A stretch of 64,000 bases of DNA from Bradymonadia bacterium (GTDB taxonomy: Bacteria > Myxococcota_A > Bradymonadia > UBA7976 > UBA1532). The stretch covers positions 288,001 to 352,000 of the forward strand of contig JBKAGE010000078.1 in assembly GCA_046290225.1 (NCBI GenBank), read 5' to 3'. The translations under genes and the position numbers were made by a program. The notes under the pieces were generated by a model. It made no database searches and had not been told where the DNA came from. It worked only from the letters and a program-made list of their open reading frames with translations. Below are positions 53,706 to 63,894 of the stretch, one piece after another (positions within the stretch are counted from its first letter, which is position 1; every line of letters begins with the position of its first letter).

Positions 53706-54173
53706 TCAGCCACCCGCCTGGCGGGCGATGTCCACGGCCTTCCGCTGGACCCGCGGGTCGAAGGACGAGAACTCCAACCCCTTCAACTTCTGGATGAACT
53801 GGCGCTTCTTCGGCAGCGGGTTCCCCAGCTCCACATAGGGCTCGATGAGGTCGAGGGCCTCTCGGAGTACCTCGTCTTTGGGGTGCTCGAGCACCCGCAG
53901 CAGAATCTCCATGTCATCGGGCAGGCCGTGCTCTTTGCGCAGGGCGTCGATGGCCTTGATGAGCTTGGGGCCCGACTCCGCGGCCCGCACCGCCCGCAGG
54001 GCCTTGGTCCGGGGATCAGGGCTGGCCTCTCCGTCGAGGCCTGCCTCGGCCATGCGCTCTTTGAGATGCTCGGGCACCACGCCTCGATCGAAGAAGGCAT
54101 CGAGGGAGCGCTTGTAGTCTTTGGTGGCGGTGGTGACGCGGGGCTCGCGGCCACGGCGGCGATCGTTGGACAT
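53706..54173 (-). CDS. Hypothetical protein
   Basis: GAGG RBS before ATG 54173; host-like codon usage. Confidence 0.7.
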   Translation of the reverse strand: MSNDRRRGREPRVTTATKDYKRSLDAFFDRGVVPEHLKERMAEAGLDGEASPDPRTKALRAVRAAESGPKLIKAIDALRKEHGLPDDMEILLRVLEHPKDEVLREALDLIEPYVELGNPLPKKRQFIQKLKGLEFSSFDPRVQRKAVDIARQAGG

Positions 54174-54195
54174 GGTGATTCCTCTATCTCGGTGC

Positions 54196-54873
54196 TCAGC
54201 GAGCAGCTTCCATGCTCGCCTTGTACTCGGCCTTGGCCGCCTGCTCTCGGATGGTGGCGTCCGCGAAGGCCGGCCGGCTCCACAGGCGTTGAGCATACTC
54301 CAGCAGCTCGGAGACCTCGATGGGGAAGCCCGCCTTCATCGCCCAAGCCAGGGTGTGACCCGCCAGCACGTCGGCGAAGGTGAAGCGATCCCCCACCAGA
54401 TACTCTCGGCCCTCAAGGCCACGGGCGAGGACCTTCTCCACCCGGCGGTACTCTTTCTCTGCTGTGGGGATCACCTCGGGCACCCGCAGGGCCTCGGGCA
54501 GGGCGAAGGTGTGCTTGGCCTTCAGCCAGAGCGGCTGCTCCAGCTCGGTGACCACGAAGGTGGACCACTGCAGGTAGAGCCCCTTCTCCGGGCTCCCCGC
54601 CTCGGGCACGAACCCAGACTCGGGGTGTTGCTCGCCGAGGTAGGTCAGGATGGCCGCGGACTCGAAGAGGCTGAGATCGCCATCGGTGAGCGCAGGCACC
54701 TTCCCATTGGGGTTCACCGCCAGGAAGGCCGGCTTTCGGTGGCCACCAGAGTAGAAGTCCACGTGCTCGATGGTGTAGGGCTGGCCCAGCTCTTCCAGGG
54801 CCCACACCACCCGCGACGAGCGGGAAGGGCCAGAGCCATAGACGGTATAGCGGGGGGCCTGCGACGACGACAT
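54196..54873 (-). CDS. Glutathione S-transferase
   Basis: SRVVWALEELG, NPNGKVPAL, LFESAAI and YLVGDRFTFAD. Confidence 0.94.
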   Translation of the reverse strand: MSSSQAPRYTVYGSGPSRSSRVVWALEELGQPYTIEHVDFYSGGHRKPAFLAVNPNGKVPALTDGDLSLFESAAILTYLGEQHPESGFVPEAGSPEKGLYLQWSTFVVTELEQPLWLKAKHTFALPEALRVPEVIPTAEKEYRRVEKVLARGLEGREYLVGDRFTFADVLAGHTLAWAMKAGFPIEVSELLEYAQRLWSRPAFADATIREQAAKAEYKASMEAAR

Positions 54874-55016
54874 GGGTGCTCCTCGTAGGTCGGGATCTCG
54901 GCGGCTCATGATGGAGGCCAGCCCCCACCACATACAACCCTGATGGCATCCTCTGCATCTGCAGGTATCATCAGGCGCTTTTCATGCCTACGTTTTCATC
55001 TCTTTCAGGAGCAGCA

Positions 55017-55844
55017 GTGTTCGCCCACTTCACCGGAACCGAGGAATATATCGCATCGATGGAGCTGCAGGAGGCGGTGAACGTCGCCCTGGCCCTCGAG
55101 CGCCCACTGCTCATCAAGGGCGAGCCCGGTACGGGCAAGACCCTGCTGGCCAAGGCCGTGGCCCAAGGCCTGAAGCGCCCCCTCTTCACCTGGCACGTGA
55201 AGAGCACCAGCAAGGCTCAGGAAGGCCTGTACGTCTACGACGCAGTGCAGCGGCTCCAGGACTCCCGCTTCGGCGACAAAGATGTGAGCGACATCCGCCA
55301 GTACATCCGCTTCGGCGGCCTGGGTCAGGGCTTCCTGTCCGAAGAGCCCTCGGTGGTGCTCATCGACGAGATCGACAAGGCCGATCTCGAGTTCCCCAAC
55401 GATCTGCTCCACGAGCTCGACGCCATGGACTTCACCGTGGTGGAGACCGGTGACGTGCACAAGGCGAAGCACCGCCCGCTGGTCATCATCACCAGCAACA
55501 ACGAGAAGGAGCTCCCCGACGCCTTCCTGCGCCGGTGCATCTTCCACTTCATCGACTTCCCCGAGAAGGATCTGATGGCCCGCATCGTTCAGGTGCACCA
55601 CCCCAAGGTCCGCCAGACCCTCATGGACGAGGCCATCGCCCGCTTCTACTGGCTGCGCGAGCTCCCCGAGCTGCGCAAGCGCCCTTCGACGAGCGAGCTC
55701 ATCGATTGGATCGGAGCGTTGATCCGCGGCGGCATCGATGAGGAGAGCCTCACCGACCGGGTGCCCTACCTGGGTACGCTCATCAAGAAAGAGCAGGACC
55801 TCGAAGCGGTGGCCCGCCGCGAGGGCCGCTGGAAGCGCAAGTGA
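55017..55844 (+). CDS. MoxR/CoxD-type AAA+ ATPase
   Basis: GEPGTGKT, LIDEIDKAD.EFPNDLL and ITSNNEKELPDAFLRRC; GGAG before GTG 55017. Confidence 0.93.
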   Translation: MFAHFTGTEEYIASMELQEAVNVALALERPLLIKGEPGTGKTLLAKAVAQGLKRPLFTWHVKSTSKAQEGLYVYDAVQRLQDSRFGDKDVSDIRQYIRFGGLGQGFLSEEPSVVLIDEIDKADLEFPNDLLHELDAMDFTVVETGDVHKAKHRPLVIITSNNEKELPDAFLRRCIFHFIDFPEKDLMARIVQVHHPKVRQTLMDEAIARFYWLRELPELRKRPSTSELIDWIGALIRGGIDEESLTDRVPYLGTLIKKEQDLEAVARREGRWKRK

Positions 55845-57055
55845 GCCCCCGCAACAACCCCGACCGGCACCGCGTCGACGGGCCTGGCGGGCTGTTCCTG
55901 GGCTTCTTCTATCTGCTCAGGCAGCAGGGCATCCCTGTGGGGCCCAACGAGTGGCTCGCCTTCGTCGAGGCCATGGACAAGGGCCTCGTGGCGGCAGATC
56001 TCAAGCGGTTCTATGCCATCGCCCGGGCCACCCTGGTGAAGCACGAACGCTATTACGACACCTTCGACCAGTGCTTCGCCCACTACTTCGACGGCGCCGA
56101 GGCCCCCGTAGCCCTGGCGAAGGCCATCGACGACTGGCTGTCGAACCCCAAGCCGGTGCCCCATCTCTCCGACGAGATGCTGGCACAGATGCAGCGCCTC
56201 GACTTCGATGAGCTGATGCGGCAGTTCGAGGAGCGCCTCAAGGAACAGACCGAACGCCACGACGGTGGCAACCGCTGGGTGGGCACCGGGGGCACCAGCC
56301 CCTTCGGCAACAATGGCGTGAACCCCATGGGCATCCGCGTCGGCGGGAGCAGCGGCGGTCGTTCCGCGGTCCAGGTGGCAGCCTCGAGGCGCTACTACAA
56401 CTACCGCACCGATCTCGTGCTCGACACACGCCAGATCAGCATGGCGCTTCGGCGTCTACGGCGCCTCGGCCGTGACGGCCAGGCCACGGAGATCGACGTC
56501 GACGGCACCATCGACGTCACCGCCCGCAACGCCGGAGATCTCGAGATCGCGCTGATTCCGCCTCGAGAGAACCGCCTCAAGGTGCTGTTGCTCATGGATG
56601 TGGGCGGATCGATGGACCCGTACTCGCTGCTGGTGAGCCGACTGTTCTCGGCAGCCCACGCGGCGACACATTTCAAAGAGTTCAACGCCTTCTACTTCCA
56701 CAACTGTCCGTACGACGGGGTCTACAAAGATGCCCGGATGAACGAGGGCATGGGCACCCTCGACTTGATGCGCTGGCTGCCCAAAGACACCCGCGTGGTC
56801 TACGTGGGCGACGCCTGCATGCACCCGTACGAGCTCACTGCCCGCTACGGCGCCCTGGACTACGGACAGCAGAACGAGAACACGGGCCTCGAGTGGCTGC
56901 TGCGCCTCGATCGACACTTCGAAAAGTCGATCTGGCTCAACCCCATGTCCCGGCGCTACTGGGCCCACCCCACCATTCGGATGATCGGCGAGGTGTTCCC
57001 CATGTTCGACCTCACCCTCGATGGCCTCGAAGAAGCGGTGAAGACCCTGCAGTGA
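55841..57055 (+). CDS. VWA domain (CoxE-like) partner protein
   Basis: GGNRWVGTGGTSPFG, DVGGSM MIDAS, YFHNC, VGDA and WLNP. Confidence 0.9.
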   Translation: MSPRNNPDRHRVDGPGGLFLGFFYLLRQQGIPVGPNEWLAFVEAMDKGLVAADLKRFYAIARATLVKHERYYDTFDQCFAHYFDGAEAPVALAKAIDDWLSNPKPVPHLSDEMLAQMQRLDFDELMRQFEERLKEQTERHDGGNRWVGTGGTSPFGNNGVNPMGIRVGGSSGGRSAVQVAASRRYYNYRTDLVLDTRQISMALRRLRRLGRDGQATEIDVDGTIDVTARNAGDLEIALIPPRENRLKVLLLMDVGGSMDPYSLLVSRLFSAAHAATHFKEFNAFYFHNCPYDGVYKDARMNEGMGTLDLMRWLPKDTRVVYVGDACMHPYELTARYGALDYGQQNENTGLEWLLRLDRHFEKSIWLNPMSRRYWAHPTIRMIGEVFPMFDLTLDGLEEAVKTLQ

Positions 57056-57067
57056 GCGCCGGGTCGC

Positions 57068-57847
57068 TCACCCCGCCATCCGCCACAGGCCCACACCCAC
57101 CATCAACGCGCACATCACCAGGGCCATGGCCAGCTCTCTCGGGCGGGGTTTCTGCCACAACGCCAGGGCCATTGCGGGTCCGATGAACGGCAACGCGGGG
57201 ATCGGCTTCTCGGTCACGACCAACACGACGAAGCAGATGGTGAACCCAGCGAGGGCACCGCTGATGCCTCGGCGCCAGGAGAGCCCGTTCACCGCCACCG
57301 CCCGGAGCATCACCCCAGTGAAGGCGATGTCCCCCACCCCGATGATGGGGGTGACACCGAGCCCAGGGGTGGGCATGTGTATCAGAGTGGCGATCCAGGT
57401 GAGGCTGGGGCCTGCCTCTACGATCTGATGAGTGGGGCCCTCCGGCGACATCAAGCTCATGACATCTGCGCCGGCGCCCACGAGGGCCAGGGGCCAGATC
57501 CAGGCAGGATCGAGCACCTTCCCGCCGATGGCCACCCCCAGGCTGTGGGCGAGCGACAGCAGCCCCAGGCCCGCGACCCACGCCAGCGCCGCCGAGGGCC
57601 GGCCGTCGATGACCGTGCCGTCGACGCTGTTGATCAACGTGACGGCGATCAGCCCGCACACCACCGAGAGCACCAGGGGCTGCCGCCACGCCCCGGTGAC
57701 GCTCAAGACGGTCCCCACGCTGACGATGGCGCCGGCGGCGGCGGCGAAGGCCAGGGCGCTGCCCCATAAGGTGGGCGTGGTGATCACGGCAGCCATGAGC
57801 CAGAGGCCCCAGAACTTCACTGACCAGAGGCTTATGACCGCGACCAT
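57068..57847 (-). CDS. Presenilin/signal-peptide-peptidase-like GxGD intramembrane protease (start uncertain)
   Basis: Polytopic; AD(VMS), IIGVGD and PIPALP in the canonical order. Confidence 0.65.
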   Translation of the reverse strand: MVAVISLWSVKFWGLWLMAAVITTPTLWGSALAFAAAAGAIVSVGTVLSVTGAWRQPLVLSVVCGLIAVTLINSVDGTVIDGRPSAALAWVAGLGLLSLAHSLGVAIGGKVLDPAWIWPLALVGAGADVMSLMSPEGPTHQIVEAGPSLTWIATLIHMPTPGLGVTPIIGVGDIAFTGVMLRAVAVNGLSWRRGISGALAGFTICFVVLVVTEKPIPALPFIGPAMALALWQKPRPRELAMALVMCALMVGVGLWRMAG

Positions 57848-58004
57848 CGAGGCCCTGGCGTCGTTCAGCGTCGGGCGCGCCACCGTCCTGCCCTCCCGTA
57901 CCCTCTTCAGGGGGTTTTCTCTGCAGAGCATGCAGACTACCGTGCAACTCACCGGGGCCCCAGAACATCAAGACGGGCACGAATCAACTTGCGAGAGCGC
58001 ACTC

Positions 58005-58340
58005 ATGAGCACCATCACCGATCTCACTGACGAGAACTTCGAGTCCGAGCTTGCTGGCGCCGAGCTGGCCATCGTGGACTTCTACGCGGGCTGGTGTGGC
58101 CCGTGTCGCATGTTCGCCCCCAAGTTCAAGCGCCTGGCGAAGAAGTACACCCAGGTCCGGTTCTTCAAGCTCAACGGTGAAGAGGCCCCCAACGCCCGCA
58201 AGACCGTCACCATCGACACCCTGCCCTACTTCGCCGCCTACAAGAACGGCGAGCTGCTCGGGGGCTTCTCCACTCAAAAAGAAGACAAGTTCGTCGAGTT
58301 CTTCGAGGGCCACTTCGGCCCCGCCCCCGAGGAGGCCTGA
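58005..58340 (+). CDS. Thioredoxin
   Basis: VDFYAGWCGPC. Confidence 0.93.
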   Translation: MSTITDLTDENFESELAGAELAIVDFYAGWCGPCRMFAPKFKRLAKKYTQVRFFKLNGEEAPNARKTVTIDTLPYFAAYKNGELLGGFSTQKEDKFVEFFEGHFGPAPEEA

Positions 58341-58588
58341 TGAAGGCTGCTGAGATCAGGCGACTCGCCCAGGCCCATGACCAGGCCGCCCTCGAGGCCG
58401 CCGCCGACGCCCTCGCTGAAGAGCTCCCCTGCCCCATCGAGGTGGCCGGCGAAGACGACGGCGAGCGCCTCACCCACTTGATGCTCGCCAGCAGGCTACG
58501 GGGCATGGTGGATGCGGGCCAGCCCCTCGCTCAGGCCTTCCGCGAGGTCATGCAGGGCGTACGCACCGTGATGACCAACGAGGACTGA
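58340..58588 (+). CDS. Hypothetical protein
   Basis: TGATG coupling to thioredoxin; GGAGG RBS. Confidence 0.75.
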   Translation: MKAAEIRRLAQAHDQAALEAAADALAEELPCPIEVAGEDDGERLTHLMLASRLRGMVDAGQPLAQAFREVMQGVRTVMTNED

Positions 58589-58595
58589 TCCGCCG

Positions 58596-58937
58596 TTGAT
58601 CACTGCCCTGGCCCTCCTGCTTCTGTTCCAACTTGCCGGAGAGGCCGTCAGCACCCTCACCGGGCTGCCCGTGCCCGGCCCCGTCATCGGCATGGCCCTG
58701 CTCACCATCGCCCTGCGCCAAGGGTGGATCAGCGTCGAGCGGTTGAGACCCGCCGCTGCCCCCTTGCTCGAACACATGACCTTCCTCTTCGTGCCCCCTG
58801 GCGTGGGGATCAGCCTCTACTTCGCCGACATCGCCCGCCAGCCCGTGGCCATCCTCACCAGCATGCTCGTGAGCACCGCTTTGGTGATGGCCGTGGTGGG
58901 CCTGCTGCACCAGCGGTTCGGCAAGGTGCGTCCATGA
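58596..58937 (+). CDS. lrgA: CidA/LrgA family holin-like protein
   Basis: FQLAGE..PVPGPVIGM..FLFVPPGVG. Confidence 0.9.
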   Translation: MITALALLLLFQLAGEAVSTLTGLPVPGPVIGMALLTIALRQGWISVERLRPAAAPLLEHMTFLFVPPGVGISLYFADIARQPVAILTSMLVSTALVMAVVGLLHQRFGKVRP

Positions 58938-59626
58938 GCGCCCTCGCTGGCCCTGTCTTTGGCGTCACGCTCACCACAGTGACGTGGTGGATGGCCCTGG
59001 CGCTCCATCGGCGGACCGGCTGGGTGGTGTTCAACCCCGTGCTGGTGGCGGTGGCGCTCATCATCGGTGTGCTCCACATCGCCGGGATCAGCTTCGACGG
59101 CTACATGCAGGGTGGTCGCCTCATCTCCTTTTGGTTGGGGCCCGCGGTGGTGGCGCTGGCGCTGCCGCTCTCCGAGCAGATGGATCGCCTGCGTGGGCAG
59201 CTCGGTGCTCTGGCGCTTTCTGCCCTCGCCGGGGCCGTGGTGGGCATCGTCTCCGCCGTCCTCGTAGCGAAGTCTCTCGACGCCTCGACGCTGGTCACCG
59301 CATCTCTGGCGCCGAAGTCGGCCACCACGCCCATCGCCATGGGGGTCAGCGAGGCCCTCGGTGGGGCCCCGGCGCTCACTGCAGGGCTCGTAGTGCTCAC
59401 GGGCATCCTCGGGGCCGTGCTCGGACCCACATGGCTCACGATATTGCGCGTGGTCGACCCCGCCGCCCGGGGGCTGGCTCTCGGCGCCGGCGCCCATGGG
59501 GTGGGCACGGCCCGAGCCCTTGAAGAAGGCCCGCTCCAAGGGGCTGTGAGTGGCCTGTCCATGGGGCTCACTGGGTTGCTCACGGCATTGCTCACGCCGC
59601 CGCTGATGGCTCTGCTGTCTCCCTGA
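58934..59626 (+). CDS. lrgB: LrgB family protein
   Basis: LGPAVVALALPL, SLAPKSATTPIA and AHGVGTARA; ATGA overlap with lrgA. Confidence 0.92.
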   Translation: MSALAGPVFGVTLTTVTWWMALALHRRTGWVVFNPVLVAVALIIGVLHIAGISFDGYMQGGRLISFWLGPAVVALALPLSEQMDRLRGQLGALALSALAGAVVGIVSAVLVAKSLDASTLVTASLAPKSATTPIAMGVSEALGGAPALTAGLVVLTGILGAVLGPTWLTILRVVDPAARGLALGAGAHGVGTARALEEGPLQGAVSGLSMGLTGLLTALLTPPLMALLSP

Positions 59627-59759
59627 GACACCGCCCGCTCGCCCCTGTGACAGCCGACCATCGACCATGTACTTTCGGGCACTTACACAGCAGCCTCAGT
59701 CACCTCAGGGTGGCACGGCCCCTGCTCTGCTCTCCGGGCGAACCGCTCAGGAGATCATC

Positions 59760-60377
59760 ATGTTCTGTCGCCCCATGACCATCGCCGCTCTCTCTGCAGT
59801 CCTCACCCTGACCTTCTCCAGTTTCGCCGCCGCCAAACGGGTCATGCGATTTGAAGTCGGTGCCGCTGTCGGCGGCAGCATGGATGCAGGCGGCGGCGAT
59901 CCTCAGAGCGTCGAGGGCGGCGGCGTGATCGCGGGCACCCTCGACTTCAGCGACGGTCCGGGGCTCTCCTTCGGCCTCAAGGGCGGCATCGCAGGCGCCG
60001 GCGACACCCAGGATCAGTTCTTCTGGATGGCCACCGACGCTGGCCTGCTCGCTCGATACACCGTGCCCTTGGGGTCGTTGAAGCTCTCAGGCTATCTCGT
60101 CGGTGGTGGCTCGATGTTGCAGCTGGAGCCCGAGTTTGTCCTCACCACCGATCGCATCATCGACGTGGGCTACTACGCTGAAGGCGGCGTAGATTTGATA
60201 CTGCCCATCACGGAGGGCATCTCGATGATGGTGGCCGTGCACCACAGCATCCGCGGTTATGGCGAGGTTGAAGGCTCAGTGACCCCGCTGCTGGCCAGCG
60301 GTGAGGTCTCAGTGACGGTGGAGGACTTCACGGTGCAACACACCATGGCCGTCGCCGGGGTGGCGCTCTCCTGGTGA
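59760..60377 (+). CDS. Outer-membrane beta-barrel protein
   Basis: Signal peptide, alternating beta-strand pattern, C-terminal Trp; AGGAG RBS. Confidence 0.7.
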   Translation: MFCRPMTIAALSAVLTLTFSSFAAAKRVMRFEVGAAVGGSMDAGGGDPQSVEGGGVIAGTLDFSDGPGLSFGLKGGIAGAGDTQDQFFWMATDAGLLARYTVPLGSLKLSGYLVGGGSMLQLEPEFVLTTDRIIDVGYYAEGGVDLILPITEGISMMVAVHHSIRGYGEVEGSVTPLLASGEVSVTVEDFTVQHTMAVAGVALSW

Positions 60378-60381
60378 GGGT

Positions 60382-61941
60382 TCAGATCAAATAGCGCGCG
60401 GCGAGGGCCACCACTGGCGCCGCAGTGGGCCTCCCGTGCTGCCAGTCGCCCCCTTCACAGCCGCTGCCGCCGAGATCGAGGTGGGTGTACGGGATCGGAT
60501 CCGAGGACGCGATGCCGTGGCGATCCACCCCAGAGGCGATGGCCAGGAAGGCCATGGGGAACTGATGCCCCCGAGGGGTGCCCGTGCTCGGGGCGTTGTT
60601 GCACGAGATGACATCGTCGGCGCTGGTTCTCGGCGCCACGAAGTCGAAGTCTTCTCGCCGCAGACGGGAAAGCTCGAAAGGATCCCCCCAGGTCTCGCCT
60701 GTGGCCTGAAGGGCCGTGGCGACACCTTCTGCCCGGGCGGGGCCGTTGTCCATGGCGATGCTGTACGGGCCCATGGCGCGGCCAGCGTGGCCGGTGAGGG
60801 TGGCCACCGTGAAGAGGTGTGGTGCCACGTGGCTCGAAGACTCGGCCCGCAGATGGCTGAGGAGATCTGCCAGCACCAGCCGCCCCTCGGCGTCGGTGTT
60901 CCCGATGCGGACCCTCACCCCGGAGTGACCTCGGATGATCTCGTCGGCGACAAAGGCGTCAGCGCCGATGCTGTTGCGGACCATGCCCAGCTCGGCGATG
61001 ACCTTCACCCCAGCGGGCTTGAGCTCGGAGACCACCTTCATGAAGCCCGCCACGGCGGCAGCCCCACCCTTGTCCCGGCTCATGCCCGCCATGTGGCCAC
61101 CGGTCTTCAGATCAGCACCGCCGGTGTCGTAGGTCACGCCCTTGCCGGCGAGGAGCAGCGTGGTGCTCACAGGGCCCTCTGGTGCGTACTCCAGGCGAAT
61201 CACGCAGGGGCGGTGGCGCTCCACGGGCACCGACGCCCGGGCCACGGCCATGAGCAGCGGGTACTCTTCTCTCAGGCGGCCGACCTCGCGGATGATGGTG
61301 ACCTTCACCGGCCCCCCGGAGAACGTCGAAGCACACAGCTCAGCCACCTTCTCCGGCCGCATACGCTCCGGCTCGGACCCGCCGATGTCCCGGGCGAGGC
61401 GACGGCCTGCTTCGAAAGACTCCACCAGGCTGCAAACAGCAGCAGGATCGCCACCGCTCGCGAGGGCAACCCCCATGCTGGCTACGGGCTCCGACTTGTC
61501 CTCGCCGAGGGCCTCTCGGGCCTCGAGGGGCGCCCACAGCCCCGCGAGGGCGCCCAGGCAGGCAGCCTCCGCAGCCCGCGTGAAGTCTTCATCCTCTGGC
61601 GCCTCACCGATCACGAAGAGAGGTCGACGGGCGCCGGCCTCCCGGGCCCGGGTAATGCCCGCTCTGGCAGCATCGGCGAAGCGGCGGACGTCATCGTAGT
61701 CCCGGTCCAGGTTGCCCGTCGGCGCCACGACCAGCCGGCCACCAGGCAACTTCGCCGAGGGAATCAAGACCACCGCCTGGCCTACGCGGGCGTCGACGGC
61801 AGCAGCGCTGTCGATGAGCGCCTGAACGACTGGCAACGCAGTGAGTGGGGTGCCGGTCTGCACCACCACCACAGCATCGAAGCGGTTGCCCACGAGGGCC
61901 CCAGCGGCGTCCTCCACAGGGAGAAGCTCGGGCATGGCCAT
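60382..61941 (-). CDS. M17 leucyl aminopeptidase
   Basis: GKGVTYDTGG, NTDAEGRL, ATLTG and HLD. Confidence 0.93.
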   Translation of the reverse strand: MAMPELLPVEDAAGALVGNRFDAVVVVQTGTPLTALPVVQALIDSAAAVDARVGQAVVLIPSAKLPGGRLVVAPTGNLDRDYDDVRRFADAARAGITRAREAGARRPLFVIGEAPEDEDFTRAAEAACLGALAGLWAPLEAREALGEDKSEPVASMGVALASGGDPAAVCSLVESFEAGRRLARDIGGSEPERMRPEKVAELCASTFSGGPVKVTIIREVGRLREEYPLLMAVARASVPVERHRPCVIRLEYAPEGPVSTTLLLAGKGVTYDTGGADLKTGGHMAGMSRDKGGAAAVAGFMKVVSELKPAGVKVIAELGMVRNSIGADAFVADEIIRGHSGVRVRIGNTDAEGRLVLADLLSHLRAESSSHVAPHLFTVATLTGHAGRAMGPYSIAMDNGPARAEGVATALQATGETWGDPFELSRLRREDFDFVAPRTSADDVISCNNAPSTGTPRGHQFPMAFLAIASGVDRHGIASSDPIPYTHLDLGGSGCEGGDWQHGRPTAAPVVALAARYLI

Positions 61942-62004
61942 AGATGTGCTCCTAGAGGTGCCCGTATGGGCAGGGTGTTCTCGTCTATGCAGAAAGGAGG
62001 CGGC

Positions 62005-62463
62005 TCAGAGGCCGGCGTCGCGCTCGATGGCGCTGCGGATGTCGGCGCCGATCTCCAGGGCGTCGCCGAGGATGCCGAGGGCCTTCCGCTCCTCGTCGGT
62101 GTACTCGAAGTCCGCAGCGGCGAGGGTGGCCGCCATCTCGTACACCTTCTCGCGCCCCTTGATGGAGGTCACCGCCAGGGCCACGCGCTGGGACACCGTC
62201 TTCAGGCCACCGAGCCAGTCGTCTCCACCGGCGCGCTTCACCGCATCTTCGAGGTAGGCGTCCACCTCGTCATGCTTGCCCTCGGCCCACGGCATCTCGA
62301 GCAGCATGTGCTCGAGCTGCGTCTTCTCCAGGAACGCCACCCGATCGTCGGCGTGCACGATGAAAGCCAGCAGATCGATGATCGACTGACCCTGCTCGAA
62401 CGTCAGCGACTTGAGATCGGCGTTGGTGGAGAGTTCGTCGGCCAGTTGGTTCCAGTCTGCCAT
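62005..62463 (-). CDS. TerB-like protein
   Basis: IVHADDRVAFLE and LAAADFEYTDEERKAL..L..AL. Confidence 0.7.
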   Translation of the reverse strand: MADWNQLADELSTNADLKSLTFEQGQSIIDLLAFIVHADDRVAFLEKTQLEHMLLEMPWAEGKHDEVDAYLEDAVKRAGGDDWLGGLKTVSQRVALAVTSIKGREKVYEMAATLAAADFEYTDEERKALGILGDALEIGADIRSAIERDAGL

Positions 62464-62537
62464 GGGGACTCCGAAGTCAGTGGCGGGTACAGGCGCATGA
62501 GGCGCTCTTCGGGTAATGGCACGCCTCGCAGGCAGGA

Positions 62538-63644
62538 TCAACGATCTGGCGCGGCCTGGGGCTGAGAATGGGGCTGGCTGCCTGAGTGCTCAGTTGTCGA
62601 GGGACTTTTGGGCAGCGGCTTCGCCGGCGGGAGCTTGCCGCCATGGGCCGCTTTGAGCTTCTCCAAGCGCGCTTTGAACCGCTCGCAGGGGTCGATGTCG
62701 TCGAGCCGAGGGGTGAACCACACATAGTCGAAAGGCATCGATGTGGCCTCGTCCGGATCAAGCGCCCCCTCTGTGACCTGGATCAGCCCGATGGAGACCG
62801 ACTTGCCTCCGGCACGGGCCCGCACGTACCAGGGCACACCGCGATCGGTCCGGGCGTGGCCATTGCCGGTGATCAAGATCGCCCCGCCTGCCTCGTGGGC
62901 GTTGATCAGGGCCTCGGCCATGGTGGCGTCTTTGAGGCGCTGGCCCCTGGCCATGGCAGGGATCAGCCCGCCAGAGGCATGACCACAGTGGGCGGCGACG
63001 ATCTCTGCCTCCAGGCTCTTCGCCGCTTCGGACTCCAACGGGCGGTCGAGGGCCAGGGTCTCGGTCACCCCCTCAGGCAGGGTGTCGTAGCCCTGCATCA
63101 TCACTGCCTTCAGCTGGGTCCGGGCGGGGTTGCCCGCGAGCAGTTGCACAGGCTTGGAGCGGCTGAACACAGCAGAGAAGATCGGACGATACAAAGCAAA
63201 ATCGGGCCAGCCGCTCTCCGCCCAGTGCACCTGCTCTGCGAAGGCCTCAGGGGTCAGCTTCGGCGGCAGCCCACCCAGGGTGCCGGCGTCATCCGCGTCG
63301 AGCATTTCGAAGGCCACTGAGGCATGACGACCGCCTTCGAGCAGGGCTTCGACGATCCACCCCTGCAGCCTGTGGTGATCGGGGTGGTCGTGACGTTCAC
63401 CGATGAGCACATAGTCTGCCCCTTCGGCTCGGGCCAGCAGCGTCTCGCGGTCGATGAAGGCGTGGGCGTGGGTGTCCCAGATCCGGTCGGTGAGCGGATG
63501 GTCGAGACCGATCTCCGCCACCCATTGCCCCTCAGTGGCGGGCGGCGTGGGCGCGCCCCCACAGGCCACCAACCCCAAACATATGCCCGCACACCACATC
63601 GGGTGTATGATGGCTCGATGAACGGCCCCGAAGATCTCGTGCAT
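62538..63644 (-). CDS. ChaN family lipoprotein
   Basis: Lipobox LVAC; LIGERHDHPDHH.LQ, FEML, SGWPDF..Y.PIF, HCG and ITGNGH. Confidence 0.88.
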   Translation of the reverse strand: MHEIFGAVHRAIIHPMWCAGICLGLVACGGAPTPPATEGQWVAEIGLDHPLTDRIWDTHAHAFIDRETLLARAEGADYVLIGERHDHPDHHRLQGWIVEALLEGGRHASVAFEMLDADDAGTLGGLPPKLTPEAFAEQVHWAESGWPDFALYRPIFSAVFSRSKPVQLLAGNPARTQLKAVMMQGYDTLPEGVTETLALDRPLESEAAKSLEAEIVAAHCGHASGGLIPAMARGQRLKDATMAEALINAHEAGGAILITGNGHARTDRGVPWYVRARAGGKSVSIGLIQVTEGALDPDEATSMPFDYVWFTPRLDDIDPCERFKARLEKLKAAHGGKLPPAKPLPKSPSTTEHSGSQPHSQPQAAPDR

Positions 63645-63894
63645 GATTCACCCTCCTGTGCCAGACCCGGCCTGATTTTGATGCGCGAGACGGTGGACAC
63701 GTCGCTTGTGTACGCAGCGGCGTCTGCCGATGAAGATTCAGAGTTTTCCAGCCTGGGCACAGGCACTTGGAAGCGCTCAGGGCGATTTTTCTTGATCTCG
63801 CACTCGGGATCTGGTCAAAAACCCCGCTCATTTAAGATTTCAGCGCCTTCGGGCGAGACCCTTATTCAACACGCTCTCAACGGGAATTAGAAAC

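Noticed and set aside
58596..59626. Phage lysis cassette
   Set aside because: Ordinary cidA/lrgA-lrgB pair with no endolysin or phage genes.
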